Source: an uncultured Acidobacteriota bacterium
Lineage (GTDB): Bacteria; Acidobacteriota; Thermoanaerobaculia; UBA5066; Gp7-AA6
DNA: 64,000 nucleotides
Assembly: GCA_963773905.1 (NCBI GenBank)
Contig: CAVZDB010000008.1
Coordinates: forward strand, 575,200-639,199
Reading direction: 5' to 3'
Below the pieces are notes generated by a model, which was given only the letters and a program-made list of their open reading frames with translations, did not search any database and was not told the DNA's origin. The position numbers were made by a program, and so were the translations under genes. Shown in pieces: positions 42,987 to 53,126 of this stretch. The first letter of the stretch is position 1. Each line of letters opens with the position of its first letter.

Positions 42987-44555
42987 ATGAACACAACGAT
43001 CGCGATAGCGGTCGCGGCGGGCCTCGTCGTGGCCGCCGTGCTGCTCGCCCTCGGCTATGCCTTCCTTCGCAAGAAGGTCGAGCAGGAGCGCGCGGGCATC
43101 CGCTCGGAGGCGGACAAGGCCCTGGCCGAGGCCCGCAAGCTCGCGGACACCAAAGTTCGCGAGGCCGACATCGAGGCCAAGGAGAAGGTCCTGGCCGCCC
43201 GGGCGGAGTTCGACAAGACGGTCCAGGCCCGGCGCCAGGAGATCGCGGGCCTCGAGAAGAGGGTCCAGCAGAAGGAAGAAAACCTCGACCGCAAGCTCTC
43301 CCATCAGGAGCGGCGGGAGGAGGAGTACGGCGCCAAGGAACGGGCCGTCGCCGATTCCCAGCGCCGGCTGGAGGAGAAGCAGGCGGAGGTCCAACGGGTC
43401 ATCGAGGAGCAGCGCCTCCGGCTGGAGCAGATCTCGGGGCTGACCGCCGTCGATGCCAAGCGCGATCTCGTCAAGTCGGTCGAGAACGAGGCGCGGATCG
43501 AGGCCGCCGGCCTCATTCGCCGGATCGAGGAAGAGGCCAACGAGCAGTCCTCGCAGAAGGCGCGCCGGATCATCGGCATGGCCATCCAGCGGCTCGCCTC
43601 CGACACCGTCGTGGAGGCCACCGTCTCGGTGGTCGAGCTGCCCTCGGACGACCTCAAGGGCCGCATCATCGGCCGCGAGGGCCGCAACATCCGCGCGCTG
43701 GAGGCGGCGACGGGCGTCGACCTGATCATCGACGACACGCCGGAGGCCATCGTGATCTCGGCCTTCGAGCCGCTGCGGCGCGAGGTCGCGCGGCACGCGC
43801 TCGAGAAGCTGATCGCGGACGGACGGATTCACCCGGCCCGCATCGAGGAGATCGTCGAGAAGGTGCGCTCCGAGCTGTGGGAGAAGATCCGGCAGGAGGG
43901 CGAGGCCGCGGCGCTCGAGTTCGGCATCCCCGACCTGCACCCGGAGCTGGTCAAGATGCTGGGCCGGCTGAAGTACCGGACCTCGTACGGGCAGAACGTC
44001 CTCCAGCACTCCAAGGAGGTCGGCTACCTCGCGATGAACATGGCCGCCGAGCTCGGCGCCAAGGTGGACGTCGTCCGCCGCGCGGGTCTCCTGCACGACA
44101 TCGGCAAGGCGATCGACCGCGAGATGGAAGGCACGCACCTCGAGCTCGGACGCGAGGTCTTGAAGAAGTTCGGCGAGAGCAGCGAGGTCATTCACGCGAT
44201 GGAGTGCCACCACGGCGACTACGAGCCGCGCTCGCTCGAGGCGGTGCTCGTCAACGGGGCGGACGCGCTCTCGGCGGCGCGGCCGGGGGCCCGCCGCGAG
44301 ATCCTGGAGACCTACGTCAAGCGTCTCGAGAAGCTCGAGCACATCGCCGACGGCTTCAAGGGCGTGCAGAAGGCGTTTGCGATCCAGGCCGGCCGCGAGC
44401 TGCGCATCGTCGTCGAGGCCAACCGCGTGACCGACGACGAGGCGCTGTGGCTTTCGCGCGACGTCGCCAAGAAGATCGAGGCCGAGCTGCAGTACCCCGG
44501 CCAGATCAAGGTGACCGTCATCCGGGAGACGCGAGCGGTGGAGTACGCGAGATAG
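42987..44555 (+). CDS. rny: Ribonuclease Y
   Basis: 522 aa with an N-terminal TM helix, coiled coil, KH domain ([15 protein letters not shown]) and HD domain (LLHDIGKA...HH). Confidence 0.96.
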   Translation: MNTTIAIAVAAGLVVAAVLLALGYAFLRKKVEQERAGIRSEADKALAEARKLADTKVREADIEAKEKVLAARAEFDKTVQARRQEIAGLEKRVQQKEENLDRKLSHQERREEEYGAKERAVADSQRRLEEKQAEVQRVIEEQRLRLEQISGLTAVDAKRDLVKSVENEARIEAAGLIRRIEEEANEQSSQKARRIIGMAIQRLASDTVVEATVSVVELPSDDLKGRIIGREGRNIRALEAATGVDLIIDDTPEAIVISAFEPLRREVARHALEKLIADGRIHPARIEEIVEKVRSELWEKIRQEGEAAALEFGIPDLHPELVKMLGRLKYRTSYGQNVLQHSKEVGYLAMNMAAELGAKVDVVRRAGLLHDIGKAIDREMEGTHLELGREVLKKFGESSEVIHAMECHHGDYEPRSLEAVLVNGADALSAARPGARREILETYVKRLEKLEHIADGFKGVQKAFAIQAGRELRIVVEANRVTDDEALWLSRDVAKKIEAELQYPGQIKVTVIRETRAVEYAR

Positions 44556-44634
44556 GTGACAGGTGACGGGTGATAGGTGACAGGGAGGACGGTAATGTCG
44601 GTCCCGATCACCTGACACCTGTCACCTACCACCT
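44552..44634. repeat. Heptamer-array hairpin, family B (GGTGAYA)
   Basis: Left arm is A TAGGTGA CAGGTGA CGGGTGA TAGGTGA CAGGG, with the rny TAG inside the first heptamer. The loop is 17 nt. Right arm is CCC GATCACC TGACACC TGTCACC TACCACC T. It fills the rny-ymdB spacer. Confidence 0.95.
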
Positions 44635-44640
44635 TCCTCT

Positions 44641-45429
44641 ATGAACCTCCTCTTCGTCGGCGACGTCGTGGGCGCGCCGGGCCGCCGGGCGCTCGCGGAG
44701 GCGCTCGAGAAGGTCATCGACCGGCACCGTGTCGACTTCACGGTCGTCAACGTCGAGAACGCCGCGGGCGGGTTCGGCCTGACGGTCGAGCTCTTCGACG
44801 ACTTGTCGAGGATGCCGATCGACGTGTTCTCCTCGGGCAACCACATCTGGGACAAGAAGGAGATCTACGACACGCTCAACTCCTCCGATCGCCTGCTGCG
44901 TCCGGCGAACTACCCGCCCGGCAATCCGGGCCGCGGCTGGACGGTCCAGCAGACCTCGGCCGGCATCCCGGTGGGCGTGCTCAATCTCCAGGGCCAGGTG
45001 TTCATGCCCGCCAACGCCGACTCGCCCTTCCGCGTGGCCGACGAGGAGCTCGCCCGGGCCGGAGACGTCAGGGTGATCCTGGTCGACATCCACGCCGAGG
45101 CGACCTCGGAGAAGGCCGCGCTGGGCTGGTACCTGGACGGAAGGGTGTCGGCCGTCATCGGCACGCACACGCACGTGCCGACCGCGGACGAGACCATCCG
45201 GCCCGGAGGAACCGCCTTCCTCTCGGACGCGGGAATGACCGGGGCCTACGAGGGCATCATCGGATTCACCAAGGATCGGATCATCGAGAAGTTCCTGTCC
45301 CAGACGCCGCGATCCTTCGAGACCGCGAAGAAGGACATCCGGCTGTCGGGCTGCGTCGTGGACGTGGACGAGGCGACCGGGAAGGCGCGGAGGATCGAGC
45401 GAGTGCAGGTGAAAATAGGTGACAGGTGA
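44641..45429 (+). CDS. ymdB: YmdB-family metallophosphoesterase (2',3'-cyclic-nucleotide phosphodiesterase, TIGR00282)
   Basis: Contains MNLLFVGDVVGAPGR, VNVENAAGGFG, SGNHIWDKKE and VDIHAEATSEK. It keeps the conserved rny neighbourhood. The last 4 codons and the TGA are repeat-encoded. Confidence 0.9.
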   Translation: MNLLFVGDVVGAPGRRALAEALEKVIDRHRVDFTVVNVENAAGGFGLTVELFDDLSRMPIDVFSSGNHIWDKKEIYDTLNSSDRLLRPANYPPGNPGRGWTVQQTSAGIPVGVLNLQGQVFMPANADSPFRVADEELARAGDVRVILVDIHAEATSEKAALGWYLDGRVSAVIGTHTHVPTADETIRPGGTAFLSDAGMTGAYEGIIGFTKDRIIEKFLSQTPRSFETAKKDIRLSGCVVDVDEATGKARRIERVQVKIGDR

Positions 45430-45502
45430 CAGGTGATAGGTAACAGGCGATGAGCGTGGACCTGCTCCGGCCCTGTCACCTGACCCCTATCACCTGACAC
45501 CT
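45415..45502. repeat. Heptamer-array hairpin, family B (GGTGAYA)
   Basis: Left arm is A TAGGTGA CAGGTGA CAGGTGA TAGGTAA CAGG. The loop is 23 nt. Right arm is CCC TGTCACC TGACCCC TATCACC TGACACC T. It ends 3 nt before ATG 45506. Confidence 0.95.
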
Positions 45503-45505
45503 TCT

Positions 45506-46348
45506 ATGCGCCCTCGCCTCACCGCAATCGTCACGACCTTCAACGAGGAGGTCAACATCCAGGCCTGCCTCGAGAGCCTCGCCTTCGCGGACGAGATCCT
45601 GCTGGTCGACTCCTTCTCGACGGACCGCACGCTCGCGCTCGCGCGGTCCATTCCGGAGGAGCGGCTGCGGCTGAGAATCGTCCAGCGCGAATACTTCGGC
45701 TCGGCCGCGCAGAAGAACTGGGCCATGGATCAGGTCACGACGCCCTGGATCCTGATCGTGGACGCCGACGAGCGCGTCCCGGAGCCGCTCGCGCGCGAGA
45801 TCCTGGCGCTCCTCGAGGCGGGGCCCGGCGCGAAGCACTACTTCCTCCGCCGGGAAAATTTCTTCCTCGGCAAGCGCATCCGTCACAGCGGCTGGTCGAC
45901 CGACAAGGTCGTGCGGCTGTTCGAGCGCGGCGCGGCGCGCTATCCGAACCGGCGCGTCCACGCCGATCTCGCGGCGCAGGGGCCGACGCCGACGCTCATG
46001 CACGCCATGGTCCACGAGACCTACCGCTCGCTCGACCAGGCCCTCGAGAAGCTCCACCGCTACGCGGTGTGGGCGGCGGCCGACGCGTATCGGGCCCGCC
46101 GCAGCCCCGGGCCCGTCGAGCTCGTCTTCCGGCCGCTCTGGCGCTTCTTTCGCATGTACTTCGTCCAGGCGGGGTTTCTCGACGGCCGCCACGGGCTGGT
46201 ACTCTGCGCGCTCCAGGCCTACGGCGTCTTCCTGAAGTGGGCGCGGGTGTGGGAGTGGGAGATGCTCGAGAGGCGTGGCCTGCCGGTGAGCCTGCCCGCG
46301 TTCGACGAGACGCGGGAGACCTGGGAGGGAACGGGCGGGAATCGATGA
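45506..46348 (+). CDS. Glycosyltransferase family 2 (LPS-core WaaE/KdtX-like)
   Basis: Contains TAIVTTFNEEVNIQACLESL, LLVDSFSTDRT and ILIVDADERV. Confidence 0.75.
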   Translation: MRPRLTAIVTTFNEEVNIQACLESLAFADEILLVDSFSTDRTLALARSIPEERLRLRIVQREYFGSAAQKNWAMDQVTTPWILIVDADERVPEPLAREILALLEAGPGAKHYFLRRENFFLGKRIRHSGWSTDKVVRLFERGAARYPNRRVHADLAAQGPTPTLMHAMVHETYRSLDQALEKLHRYAVWAAADAYRARRSPGPVELVFRPLWRFFRMYFVQAGFLDGRHGLVLCALQAYGVFLKWARVWEWEMLERRGLPVSLPAFDETRETWEGTGGNR

Positions 46349-46836
46349 CTCTCGTCGGAATCTTCAAGACGCTGCTGTGGAGGCCCAAGATGCTGTCCGT
46401 CGGCGACCAGGCTCCCGAGTTCGCGGTTCCGGACCACAACGGCGTGATGCGCCGGCTCTCGGATTACCGCGGCAAGAACCTCGTGCTCTGGTTCTATCCG
46501 AAGGCCGACACCCCCGGTTGAACCCTCGAGGGTCGCGGGTTCCGCGACCACTACCCCGAGTTCCAGGCCAGGAACGCGGAGATCCTGGGCGCCTCGTTCG
46601 ATACCCCGGAGGAGAATGCCGTCTTCGCGGAGAAGCAGGGGTTCCCCTTCCCGCTGCTCTGCGACGTCGATCGGAAGATCGGCATGGCCTACGGGTCCGC
46701 GGAGTCGCCGACGAGCGAGTTCGCCAAGCGCATCAGCTACGTCATCGGCCCCGACGGCAGGATCGCGCAGGCGTACCCGAAGGTCTCGCCGAAGACGCAC
46801 CCCGAGGAGGTTCTGGCCGTCCTCTCGATGGAATAG
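46345..46836 (+). CDS. bcp: Bcp-type peroxiredoxin with in-frame UGA (selenocysteine candidate) at the peroxidatic position
   Basis: The ORF ends ...LVLWFYPKADTPG-TGA(46519-46521). The same frame continues TLEGRGFRDHYPEFQARNAEILGASFDTPEEN...FPLLCD...SYVIGPDGRI to TAG 46834-46836. The canonical family motif is FYPKDxTPGCTxE. Confidence 0.85.
46531..46549 (+). promoter_or_regulatory. SECIS-like hairpin downstream of the bcp UGA
   Basis: GGUCGCGG-GUU-CCGCGACC, a perfect 8-bp stem. It starts 9 nt after the UGA, and the G/U loop is at +21..+23 from the U of UGA. Confidence 0.7.
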
Positions 46837-46855
46837 ACTTGCCGAGGAGGCGCGT

Positions 46856-47110
46856 ATGGCGGTCGATCCCGAGCTTCTCGCGATTCTCGTCTGCCCCAAG
46901 ACCAAGGGTCCGCTCGAGCTGATCGAGCTCAAGGAGTCGACGCGGGCGGCGCTCGTCGAGAAGTACCGCGAGAAGTTCCGCGACGAAGAGCCGGTCGTGA
47001 CGCAGGGCCTCTATTCGAAGCAGGCGGACCTCGTGTATCCGATCGTGTCGGACATCCCGGTGATGCTGATCGACGAGGCCCTGCCCGGCTCGGAAGCGGC
47101 GGGGCGCTGA
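46856..47110 (+). CDS. Trm112/UPF0434 family small protein
   Basis: Contains LLAILVCPKTKGPLE and LVYPIVSDIPVMLIDEA. Confidence 0.8.
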   Translation: MAVDPELLAILVCPKTKGPLELIELKESTRAALVEKYREKFRDEEPVVTQGLYSKQADLVYPIVSDIPVMLIDEALPGSEAAGR

Positions 47111-47124
47111 CGGCCTCGACCGCG

Positions 47125-48312
47125 GTGCCGGCGCGCGGCGTCTTTGCCTTCTCTCCTCCCGACCTGCCCTTCGTTCTCCTCCTGCTGTTCGCGCTCCTGA
47201 CGCCGGCGATCTCGGCGGCCTACGTCGTCGTCGTTCTGCTGCTCCTCTCCTGGATCGCCGCCGTCCGCCGGCGGGGCGTCCTGCCCGCGAGCCTGCGCTC
47301 CCCGCTGACGCTCGTGGCGGGACTGCTGGGCGCCTTCACGGTGCTGTCCACGATCTTCTCGCGCGAGCCCGCGGTCAGCGCGCGCCACGTCACCGGGGTC
47401 CTGCTCTTCCTGCTCCTGCCGATCACCATGGACCTCCTCGACTCCGAGACGCGCGCCCGATGGCTGCTCCTGACGCTCTCCGCCGGCGGCGTGGTCCTCG
47501 CGGTCGTCGGAATCTGGCAGTTCCTCCACGGCGGCGACGACCTCGGCAACCGGATCCGGGGGACGCTCTCGCACTACATGACTTTCTCCGGGATCGCGAT
47601 GGCCTCCGCGTGCCTTCTCCTGGGGTTCGCGCTGGAGGGCCCCGGGCGCTGGCGGCTGGCCGGACTGCTCGGCGCGCTGCCGCTCGCCGCCGTGCTCCTG
47701 ACCTTCACGCGCAACGCGTACGTCGGGCTCGTCGTTGCGCTCCTCGTGTACATGGTGGTGCGGCGTCCCCGCGGGCTGCTCCTGCTCGCGCCCGCGCTCC
47801 TGGCGGTGTTCCTCCTGGCGCCCCCCGAGATTCGCGGGCGGATCCGCTCGATCGCCGACCTCTCGGACTCGACGAACCGGGACCGCATCGCGATGGCGCA
47901 CGCGGGCTCGCGCATCATCGCCCAGTATCCGGTCTTCGGCCTCGGGCCCGACATGATCCCGCCGTACTACCCGCTCTACCGCGACGAGGGCTCCCTGCAC
48001 TGGCGCGTCCCGCACCTGCACAACAACGTGATCCAGATCGCGGCCGCGAACGGCGTCTTCGCCGCCGCCTCCTACGTCGCGCTCGTGGCCCTGTTCCTCG
48101 CCCGCGCGGTCGTGCTGCTGCACCGCGAGCGCCGGCCCGAGCGTGCGGCGATCTGGTCGGCCGTCCTGCTCGCGGGTACGGCGCTGAGCGTCGCCGGGCT
48201 CTTCGAGTACAACTTCGGCGACACCGAGGTCGAGATGACGGCCCTCTTGATCTTCGCCGTTCCCTTCGCGGCGTTCGCGCGACGCTCGGTACCCGTGGCA
48301 GAATCGGCGTGA
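47125..48312 (+). CDS. O-antigen ligase/polymerase-like (Wzy_C) membrane protein
   Basis: 395 aa with ~10 TM segments, TFTRNAYVGLVVALL and PHLHNNVIQIAAANGVF. Confidence 0.7.
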   Translation: MPARGVFAFSPPDLPFVLLLLFALLTPAISAAYVVVVLLLLSWIAAVRRRGVLPASLRSPLTLVAGLLGAFTVLSTIFSREPAVSARHVTGVLLFLLLPITMDLLDSETRARWLLLTLSAGGVVLAVVGIWQFLHGGDDLGNRIRGTLSHYMTFSGIAMASACLLLGFALEGPGRWRLAGLLGALPLAAVLLTFTRNAYVGLVVALLVYMVVRRPRGLLLLAPALLAVFLLAPPEIRGRIRSIADLSDSTNRDRIAMAHAGSRIIAQYPVFGLGPDMIPPYYPLYRDEGSLHWRVPHLHNNVIQIAAANGVFAAASYVALVALFLARAVVLLHRERRPERAAIWSAVLLAGTALSVAGLFEYNFGDTEVEMTALLIFAVPFAAFARRSVPVAESA

Positions 48313-49733
48313 TGTACCCGCAGCCGGTCCCCGCCGCGGCGCCTCCGCGGCCCTACACCGTCTCGGAGCTCGCGGCGGAGGTCGCGAGCGTCCTCCGCAC
48401 GACCTGGCGCAACGTCTCCGTGGTGGGAGAGATCGCCCGGTTCGAGACGAAGAACGGCCACGGCTACTTCACCCTGAAGGACCGGACCGCGACGCTCTCG
48501 GCGATCATCTTCGCCTCCGACCTCCAGCGCATCCCGTTCCGGCCCGAGGTCGGCCTGGAGGTCGTGATCCGCGGCTCCCTCGACCTCTACACGCCGCAGG
48601 GCAAGTTCCAGATCAAGGCCTTTGCGATCGAGCCGGTCGGCCGCGGCGCGCTGCAGCTCGCCTTCGAGCAGCTCAAGGCGCGTCTCGCGGCCGAGGGCCT
48701 CTTCAACCCCGCGCACAAGCGAGCGATCCCGAAGCTCCCGCGCTCGATCGCGGTCGTCACCTCGCCCACGGGCGCCGTCATTCGCGACATCCTGCACGTG
48801 CTGCGGAGGCGCTACGACGGGCTGGGCGTCACGATCTATCCGGTGCGCGTCCAGGGGGAGCTCGCCGCCCGGGAGATCGTGATGGCGATCCGCAGCCTCA
48901 ACCTGCGCGGCGGCTTCGACGTGCTCATCCTGGCGCGCGGCGGCGGTTCCCCCGAGGACCTCGCCCCGTTCAACGACGAGGGCGTCGCGCGGGCGCTGGC
49001 CGCCTCGCGCATCCCGACCATCTGCGGCGTCGGGCACGAGACGGACGTCACGATCGCGGACCTCGTCGCGGACCTGCGCGCGCCCACGCCCTCCGCCGCG
49101 GCGGAGCTCGTCTGCGCGAGCCGCGAGGAGATCGCGCGTCGGGTCGCCCACGCGTCGGCGCAGGTGCTGCGCGGCCTGCGCGGGCGCCTGGCGCTCGAGC
49201 GCTCGCGGCTGACCGGCCTCTCGCGCAGCGACGCGCTCGTCGGCTTCCCGCGGCGCGTCCGGTCCGTCCGCGAGTCCGTCGCGCAGAGCCGTGAGGCCCT
49301 GGTCACGCAGCTGCGTCGGCGTCCGGCGGAATACGCCGCGCGGGTCCTGGCGGCGCGGCGGGTCCTCGAGTCGTTTTCGCGGGTCGTCCAGATCCCGCGC
49401 CTGCGGGACGCGATCGAGGGCTGCCGCTCGATGCTGGGCGAGCGCATCGGCCGCCGCGTGGACCGGCGGCGCGCGCGGCTGCGAGAGCTGATGCGGCGGC
49501 TCGACGCGCTCTCGCCGCTCGCCGTGCTGGCGCGCGGGTACGCCGTCGCGTACCGCGAGGGAGCCAAGCGGCCGATCCTGTCGGCGCAGGACGTGGCGGT
49601 CGGCGAGCGGCTGCGGGTCCGGCTCCACCAGGGAGAGCTCGGCGTGATCGTCCGCGACGGAGGGAAGTGGCTCGACCCGGGGCCGCTCTTCGCGGATCCC
49701 GCCGAGGAAAAGGCCGAGGAGGAGAAACCGTGA
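48312..49733 (+). CDS. xseA: Exodeoxyribonuclease VII large subunit
   Basis: Contains YTVSELAAEVASVLRTTW..VSVVGEIARFE..GHGYFTLKD (OB fold), then VVTSPTGAVIRDI and ARGGGSPEDL. Confidence 0.92.
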   Translation: MYPQPVPAAAPPRPYTVSELAAEVASVLRTTWRNVSVVGEIARFETKNGHGYFTLKDRTATLSAIIFASDLQRIPFRPEVGLEVVIRGSLDLYTPQGKFQIKAFAIEPVGRGALQLAFEQLKARLAAEGLFNPAHKRAIPKLPRSIAVVTSPTGAVIRDILHVLRRRYDGLGVTIYPVRVQGELAAREIVMAIRSLNLRGGFDVLILARGGGSPEDLAPFNDEGVARALAASRIPTICGVGHETDVTIADLVADLRAPTPSAAAELVCASREEIARRVAHASAQVLRGLRGRLALERSRLTGLSRSDALVGFPRRVRSVRESVAQSREALVTQLRRRPAEYAARVLAARRVLESFSRVVQIPRLRDAIEGCRSMLGERIGRRVDRRRARLRELMRRLDALSPLAVLARGYAVAYREGAKRPILSAQDVAVGERLRVRLHQGELGVIVRDGGKWLDPGPLFADPAEEKAEEEKP

Positions 49734-50002
49734 CCGCTCGCGTCAAGAAGGAGCGCAGCTTCGAGGAGGCGATGGCGCGGCTCGAGGCGATCGTCTCCGA
49801 GCTCGAGGGGGAGGATGAGGGTCTCGAGCGCCAGTTCGCGCTCTTCCAGGAGGGCATGGAGCTCGCCCGCTTCTGCGACCGCAAGCTGTCGGAGGTCGAG
49901 AAGTCGGTCGAGATCGTCCTGAAAGAGTCGGCCGAGGAATGGAAGACGGCGCCCTTCGAGCCCGACGAGCCCTCCGGCGCCGAGGATGACGAGCGGAACT
50001 GA
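49730..50002 (+). CDS. xseB: Exodeoxyribonuclease VII small subunit
   Basis: GTG start overlapping the xseA TGA. SFEEAMARLEAIVSELEGEDEGLERQFALFQEGMEL. Confidence 0.88.
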   Translation: MTARVKKERSFEEAMARLEAIVSELEGEDEGLERQFALFQEGMELARFCDRKLSEVEKSVEIVLKESAEEWKTAPFEPDEPSGAEDDERN

Positions 50003-50927
50003 CACGGCGCCGGGCACGGCGGGCGCGACCGGCGCGGCGGGTCTCGCCGCCTACCTCGCGGCCGGCCGGCAGGACGTCGACGCCGCGCTCGAGCGGCTGC
50101 TCCCCGGCCCCGACGCCTGGCCCTCGCATCTGCACCGTGCGATCCGGCATTCGGTCTTCGCGGGCGGCAAGCGGCTGCGCCCGATCCTCTGCCTCGCGGC
50201 GGCCGAGGTCTTCGGCGCGCGCCGGGACCTCGTGATCGAGCCCGCCTGCGGGCTCGAGATGATCCACACCTATTCCCTCATCCACGACGACCTGCCGGCG
50301 CTCGACAACGACGACCTGCGCCGGGGCGTGCCGACGTGCCACGTGGTCTTCGGCGAGGCGACCGCGATCCTGGCGGGCGACTCCCTCCTGACGCACGGGC
50401 TCGGCCTCTTCGCCCAGTACCCGCGGGGGGAGGCGCACGCGGGCGCGAAGGTGCGCGTGCTCCAGACCGTGGTGGAAGCGATCGGGACGCAGGGCATGAT
50501 CGGCGGCCAGGCCGCGGACCTCGAGGCCGAGAAGGAGACGGAGCCGACCGCGGAGCTCGTCGCGAAGATTCACGAGAACAAGACCGGCCGGCTCATCCGC
50601 GGATCGCTCCTGGCGGGCGCGATCCTCGCCGGTGCGGACGACGACGCCCTCGCGCGCGTCGACCAGTACGGCCGCCGGATCGGCCTCGCGTTCCAGATCA
50701 AGGACGACCTCCTCGACGTCGAGTCCGACGCGGCGACGCTCGGCAAGGCGGCGGGCAAGGACTCGGCGCACGGCAAGGCCACGTTTCCGGGAGTCTGGGG
50801 CGTCGAGCGGTCGCGCGAGCTCCTCGCCGAGAACGTGAACGAGGCGGTCGCGATCGCGTCGTCCCTCCCGGGCCGCGGAGGCGTCCTGCCCGAGCTCGCG
50901 CGGTTCGTCGGATCGCGGAAGAGCTGA
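49986..50927 (+). CDS. ispA: Farnesyl/geranylgeranyl diphosphate synthase
   Basis: Contains GGKRLRP, LIHDDLPALDNDDLRRGVPTCH and FQIKDDLLD. It keeps the conserved xseB-ispA linkage. Confidence 0.9.
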   Translation: MTSGTDTAPGTAGATGAAGLAAYLAAGRQDVDAALERLLPGPDAWPSHLHRAIRHSVFAGGKRLRPILCLAAAEVFGARRDLVIEPACGLEMIHTYSLIHDDLPALDNDDLRRGVPTCHVVFGEATAILAGDSLLTHGLGLFAQYPRGEAHAGAKVRVLQTVVEAIGTQGMIGGQAADLEAEKETEPTAELVAKIHENKTGRLIRGSLLAGAILAGADDDALARVDQYGRRIGLAFQIKDDLLDVESDAATLGKAAGKDSAHGKATFPGVWGVERSRELLAENVNEAVAIASSLPGRGGVLPELARFVGSRKS

Positions 50928-50960
50928 CGGCGCGCCGCGGACCGCGAAGCCATCGGAACG

Positions 50961-51969
50961 ATGAAGGCCTACGTTCAGACCGCGATCGGGAGCTACGAGG
51001 AGCGCGAGCTTCCGGCGCCCACGGCCGGTCCGGGCGAGGTCGTCCTGCGGATGCGCGCGACGCTGACCTGCGGCACCGACGTCAAGATCCTGAGGCGCGG
51101 CCACACGAAGGTCTCGCTTCCCGTCACGATGGGCCACGAGCTCTGCGGCGAGATCGTGGAGCTCGGCGAGGGCGTCTCGGGTTGGAGAATCGGCGAGCGC
51201 GCGGCTCCCGGCGTGTCGGGGCCCTGCGGTCGCTGCGCCGACTGCGCGGCGGGGCGGCCGAACCTGTGCTCGGGGTCTCCCGCGTGGATGTGGGGCACCT
51301 TCGCCGAGCGCGTCCGGATCCCGGCGGGCATCGTCGCCGCGAACCTCCACCGCGTGCCCGAGGGCGTGTCGGACGAGGTCGCCGCGTTTCTGGACCCGCT
51401 CGCCTCGGTGCTCCACGGCTGGAACCGCCTCGGGACGCCGGCGCCCGGGCCCGGCGCGTCGATGCTCGATCTACGGCGCCGGGGCGCTCGCCTTCCTGTG
51501 GGCGGGTCTCGCGTCGAAGCGCGGGCTCGCGGTGACGGTCGCCGGGCGTCGTCCCGAGCGCGCGAAGCTCGCCGAGCGGTTCGGGGCGAGGTTTCTCGAC
51601 GTCTCGGGCGGTTTCCCCGAAGGCGGCCCGCGACCGGCCGACATCGCGGTGGACTGCACGGGCGACCGTACGGTGTGGGAGCGGCTGCCCACGCTCGTGC
51701 GCGCCGGCGGCCGGGTGCTGCTCTTCGGCGGCTGCGCCCCGGGAGCGACCGTGACCTTCGACGCCGCGCGGCTGCACTACTCCGAGATCGCGCTCATCGG
51801 CTCGTTTCACTACACGCCCGAGGAGGCGCGCGCGTCGCTCGAGGCGCTCGCGTCGGGCGCGATCGACCCGCGCCCGCTCATCGCCGAGCACGGCGCGCTG
51901 TCGGATCTCCCGCGCTTCCTGGAAGCGCAACAGGAAGGCGAGGGCGTGCGGTATGCGATTCGCGGCTGA
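50961..51969 (+). CDS. Zinc-dependent alcohol/threonine-type dehydrogenase (MDR); one frame break near 51465
   Basis: Contains CGTDVKILRRGH, GHELCGEIVELG and CGRCADCAAGRPNLC. The Rossmann half (IYGAGALAFLWAGLA...) continues in the frame of ORF 51532..51969. Confidence 0.8.
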
Positions 51970-52945
51970 ACGCGTTCTCTTCGCCGCCGTGCTGCTCGTC
52001 TCCGGCGCGTCGCAGGCGCAGACCGTCGAGATTGCCCCGGGGACGAAGGCCGGGTTCGCGTCGGCGGCCGAGGGCGGGCGGCTGCTCTCCGCCCGCGACG
52101 TCTTCGTCGCCGCGATGAGCCCGTTCGACCGCGCGGCGCGCCTCAAGACCGATCGGGACGTGGCGGAGACCGAGTACCTGGCCTTCGTGGCCCGCCAGAC
52201 GCTGGAGTGGACCGACGCCGAGGTTGCGGCGCTGGCCTCGATCCTCGGGCGGTTCCGGCACGCCACCGCGGACCTCGACCTGCGCCTTCCGCCCGTCGTG
52301 CTCTTCGTCAAGACCACGGGCCTGGAGGAAGGACGCGCGGCGTACTGTCGCGGCGCGTCCGTCGTTCTCCCGGTGAACGTGGTCGGCGGCGATGCGAAGG
52401 AGCTCGAGAAGACCGTCTTCCACGAGCTCTTCCACATCTTCAGCCGCCACCATCCCGAGAAGCGCGCGGCGCTCTACGGGATCCTCGGCTTCGAGGTCTG
52501 TCCGGAGATCGCGCTGCCCGAGGCGCTTCGCGCGCGGAAGATCACCAACCCGGACGCGCCGCTGCTCGACTCCGTGATCCGCGTCCGAGTCGATGGCGAG
52601 CGCCGGCCCGTCACGCCCTTGCTGCTCGCGAGGACCGAACGCTACGACGTCCGGAAGGGCGGCGAGTTCTTCGACAGCATGGACTTCCGCCTGCTCGTCG
52701 TGGTCGAGGAGGGCGGGCGGTTCCGGCCGGCGGCGCGGCCGGACGGCGAGCCCCGGCTGCTCGAGGCCAGGGAGGTCCCCGACTACCTGGAGCAGATCGG
52801 CGCGAACACCCGCTACATCATTCACCCCGAGGAGATTCTCGCGGACAACTTCGTGCTGCTCGTGAACCCGAAGCCAGGGACGCCCGTGCCGACGCCCAGG
52901 ATTCTGGAACAGCTCCGGGCGCTTCTGACCCCGCGAGCGCCGTAG
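51953..52945 (+). CDS. Hypothetical secreted protein with HExxH motif
   Basis: Signal peptide MRFAAERVLFAAVLLVSGASQAQ and the motif VFHELFHIFSRHHPE. Family not recognised. Confidence 0.5.
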   Translation: MRFAAERVLFAAVLLVSGASQAQTVEIAPGTKAGFASAAEGGRLLSARDVFVAAMSPFDRAARLKTDRDVAETEYLAFVARQTLEWTDAEVAALASILGRFRHATADLDLRLPPVVLFVKTTGLEEGRAAYCRGASVVLPVNVVGGDAKELEKTVFHELFHIFSRHHPEKRAALYGILGFEVCPEIALPEALRARKITNPDAPLLDSVIRVRVDGERRPVTPLLLARTERYDVRKGGEFFDSMDFRLLVVVEEGGRFRPAARPDGEPRLLEAREVPDYLEQIGANTRYIIHPEEILADNFVLLVNPKPGTPVPTPRILEQLRALLTPRAP

Positions 52946-53126
52946 ACCCGCGTTCCAGGATCCCCCCGTACTGCGGCGTTCGGAGGTTTCTCCGCTGCGA
53001 CGCGTCGCTCGAGGATCCCGCGATCGACGCGCTGATGCACGCGACCCGCGCGCGGCTCGCGAGTGAGGCGGGACACGCAGGACTCTCCGCCGGAGGGTAT
53101 AGGATCGGCGCAAAGCGAGGTGGCGC

